A stretch of 64,000 nt of DNA from Giardia intestinalis (Eukaryota), in assembly GCA_000002435.2 (NCBI GenBank), contig CM018793.1; one strand, given 5' to 3'. This document shows positions 62,501 through 64,000 of the stretch, piece after piece. A model generated the notes under the pieces. That model was not told the origin of the DNA. It searched no databases and worked only from the letters and a program-made list of their open reading frames with translations. Both the position numbers and the translations under genes were made by a program. Within the stretch, counting starts at the first letter, position 1. The number at the start of each line of letters is the position of its first letter.

Positions 62501-63997
62501 GTGAGTTCCTATGACGTAAAGAACGCGTCCCTTGCTGTCGACGGCGAGGGACAGAATCCGCCGCCCGAGGGCGTCGAGCAGAGACTGGGGGGCGTCGGGG
62601 GCGCTGGGGATCTGGCTGAGGATCTGCGGTGGCTTGTGGAGCGTCCTATATCGGGCTTCGTCGTCTGGAGTGGAAAAGTGGAGATCGGCCTCCGTCACCT
62701 CGCTCTGGCCCTCTGCGTAGAATTTCGAGAGGTCGCACGTCTCGATGCTTGCATACTCCGAACCCAGTACGGCATCCTGTGCGTCATCGCCACCGCTGCC
62801 TGTGCCGTCTCGGCCCTCCAGAAGCGTCTTGGAGATCCTTGCAATGTCGTAGATCCTGGACGGCCGGCCGGTAAGAAGCGAGAAGATCGTCACTTCCCCA
62901 GGGCCTGTGACGGCGCCAAGCTCGTTCATGCGCTGGTTGACGACAACGCCGGCGCACTCCTTGCTGATAGACCCCAGGGGAAGATGCTCGGGCGCGTGCT
63001 TGATCAGCTCCTTCGGCCTGCGCTTGCCCAGTGCCCGCTGCTCCTCCTCGCGCTTCGCGTCCTCAAAGTCCCAGACCACCTGCTCCTTGGCCAGCTCCTC
63101 GTTGGCAACCACCTTGAGGACGAACAGCCGGCGCCCGAAGGGGATGTAGCCGAAGTCGTGCTTGCGGCTATAGACCCCGGTGCCGACCTTGACTCCGTGC
63201 AGGTTGATGGCGATGTCGATCCGCGTGATGTGCGCACCCGTCAGTGCATGGATGAGGGTCACCACGTTGTCGTGGTCAATAACGCCAACAACGTTCCCGA
63301 AAGCGAACGACGCCAGAATAGGCTTGCCCGGCCTGGGCGGCTGGACAAGGGTGATCAGGTGCGCGGACTTCACGAGGTTGGCCTTCACGAGCCTCTTGTC
63401 AGAAACCTGCACGGCCTCGCGCCTCCTCTTCCCGCGCCTATCGTCCTCGCCGTCCACCCGGGCGGGGTCGTCCTCGAGCTCCTCCTTTGTCACGGCCATC
63501 CCCAAGTGGCAGGAGCGGACCGCCTCCGGGCCAATCTGGTAGACGTTGCTGAAGCCAATGGTTGTGATGTGATCGCTGACGACGTAGCACCGCATGATCC
63601 CCTCCGGGTGCAAGTCCGAGAACGTGCAGACGACCCCCAGGTCCTCGTCCAGAATGACGAGCGCGGCATCGGAGCCCACGACGGCTAGCCGGAACAGGCC
63701 GTCTGCCATGGCCTCCTCCCACTGGCCGCGCCCGGCGTCCATGCACCTGACGCTCCCCGCGACCACATACTTGGTGGTGACAAACTCGGCCCGGATCGTC
63801 AGATGCACGCCCCCGTGGCGCTTCTCGTGCGTTGCCGCGGCGACGGGGTCTGGGGCCACGGTCGCCTTGACAAAGGCCAGGGGGTCGTCGGCGATGAGCT
63901 GCGTCTCCTTGATTCCGTGGCTGAGAAGTGTGCTCTGCCCGGCGTCAAAGATCTGCGATGTGATGAGGCTCACGACCTCAAGGTCTTCGGAGGCCAT
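59549..63997 (-). CDS. Large hypothetical protein (>=1482 aa) with WD40/beta-propeller-like repeats. Its N-terminus may lie beyond the window edge.
   Basis: An uninterrupted 4.4-kb ORF. WD40-like strand motifs: LAIGTSDGRILVHD, AVCFVDGAHSILVGDDAGFVTLYKI, ISIGGDKRVALWGL, LAVDSKGRVLYVIGTHGAVTLYW. The reading frame is still open at 63998-64000 (gcc upstream of the ATG at 63995-63997). A long antisense ORF (62045-63688 +) sits inside it, as is typical of GC-rich Giardia genes. Confidence 0.72.
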   Translation of the reverse strand: MASEDLEVVSLITSQIFDAGQSTLLSHGIKETQLIADDPLAFVKATVAPDPVAAATHEKRHGGVHLTIRAEFVTTKYVVAGSVRCMDAGRGQWEEAMADGLFRLAVVGSDAALVILDEDLGVVCTFSDLHPEGIMRCYVVSDHITTIGFSNVYQIGPEAVRSCHLGMAVTKEELEDDPARVDGEDDRRGKRRREAVQVSDKRLVKANLVKSAHLITLVQPPRPGKPILASFAFGNVVGVIDHDNVVTLIHALTGAHITRIDIAINLHGVKVGTGVYSRKHDFGYIPFGRRLFVLKVVANEELAKEQVVWDFEDAKREEEQRALGKRRPKELIKHAPEHLPLGSISKECAGVVVNQRMNELGAVTGPGEVTIFSLLTGRPSRIYDIARISKTLLEGRDGTGSGGDDAQDAVLGSEYASIETCDLSKFYAEGQSEVTEADLHFSTPDDEARYRTLHKPPQILSQIPSAPDAPQSLLDALGRRILSLAVDSKGRVLYVIGTHGAVTLYWKTGSLFDISNVGITGRRTCEDDIDIVDNPFDGQRLGDAQREPSAGADSHMSSGASSYSLGLNLSQIIVKANNAAFVRQLLSDKSIMRAQILATDRARGLLFLCDNLNPQIVRAIDMKPSHEYVNKIGLSRQLTTFDIFFAGGADHFARARQQLTAFFSSKPVFVGADDLSSKPEVVRRFCPEFLWARDVSSAGQPNQAPSPIQKLLCDVLYTGHAKKARSDSYVTCIDASEELSLLAIGTSDGRILVHDTMSVKLLQQGVIQPPTIPSVGSPITALCFLGQWPLLFSASASGICYIHAVRPLYPNFSLVCAFYHGSYHPLGYPLNADFQAGWVQTAGFLKHALLPLSDFNSDVQLYGSRYEDVVRYLIENFSPDLLHTKYCPERKGPVPGDEALRSIDGEFRANRLLSTKTAYGARVGDLQASTATPSMDASMTTDREGEAASGTVQPPSMFERHTVSNRYAYITVQESTAATEEGQSLCHLQQETVGVQDDLEERSERAHTRMPGPSYQEIVSATMALLRRYVPISQNFRGLQARRRRTLMKIRAAAQVIMLVSFYFTRFLAAPRRVYVDFLPVPLGTSQPRQAASRRKVPQGAVKLSDKSSKVIEDFSKSRFKTSGVDVESPAAAQYADAHASLYGTMMGSAVTRPGMEDVEAEENGILYQYVFRDRTKVRVPVRKESVLALSARTMPTAVCFVDGAHSILVGDDAGFVTLYKIQNLIAALGITRSLDTQQLPKGLLHTPSSGKTSPIVPSSYLRVRYVHRAHAAPISLLSPAASNSQAYISIGGDKRVALWGLDGAQLLGIVQRVNLDPPPKGWDSLFGVPLTARSGQKSSESGLADTARLSIEDLEEVPSQVFQDPPPPMRLEAPPACAYPWTYAPESSAGDRVDTVILQSMQQTGTLGNSVEEADLLGVTRQLLASRRPVIAPTSQGDPGTLLKATGLTGRLLERKGDSWTVRAMKLRAAQQPLGRSAGPQ

Positions 63998-64000
63998 GGC

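Noticed and set aside
62045-63688. 547-aa plus-strand ORF, plus other plus-strand ORFs at 59987-60796, 61457-61909 and 59522-59980
   Set aside because: They are antisense to, and fully contained within, the 4.4-kb minus-strand ORF that carries WD40-like motifs. Long antisense ORFs are a known property of GC-rich coding sequence. They show no recognisable domains.
59549-63997. Possibility that the large ORF is a cysteine-rich VSP/CRP-type surface antigen, which are common at Giardia chromosome ends
   Set aside because: Cysteine content is ordinary and there are no CXXC repeats or a C-terminal CRGKA-like tail. The motifs are WD40/beta-propeller-like instead.

Overview
Positions 1-51888 are a single run of N. 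Only 51889-64000 (about 12.1 kb) is real sequence, and everything in it is on the minus strand, transcribed toward the gap. It looks like a eukaryotic subtelomeric junction from a Giardia-type diplomonad. The evidence is a small-subunit rRNA 5' end reading CATCCGGTCGATCCTGCCGG, extremely GC-rich compact rDNA, AGTRAAY poly(A) signals, an A/T-rich patch directly before the ATG, and ankyrin/NEK gene families. Reading from the gap upward the window contains: (i) a partial, highly GC-rich rDNA unit: the 5' ~1230 nt of the small-subunit rRNA (51889-53118, its 3' end lost in the gap), a ~1-kb GC-rich intergenic spacer, and the 3' ~1.3 kb of a large-subunit rRNA (sarcin-ricin loop, GTPase-centre and domain IV landmarks recognisable) that stops abruptly at ~55.41 kb; (ii) a 777-aa gene with ~22 ankyrin repeats (Giardia 'protein 21.1'-like), whose stop and AGTAAAC poly(A) signal sit only ~10-30 bp from the truncated rDNA; (iii) a NEK-like protein kinase with a coiled-coil tail, apparently a pseudokinase with DFG replaced by GLG and a degenerate glycine loop, which has a TTG where its start codon is expected and no stop before the ankyrin ATG; (iv) a very large (>=1482 aa) WD40/beta-propeller-like hypothetical protein that runs to the window edge. 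No prokaryotic-style system (CRISPR, mobile element, operon) is present. The most interesting features are the rDNA/unique-sequence breakpoint, a possible single-base frameshift that would fuse the kinase and ankyrin ORFs into one NEK-ankyrin gene, and the missing ATG on the kinase. All calls come from reading the sequence; no database search was run.
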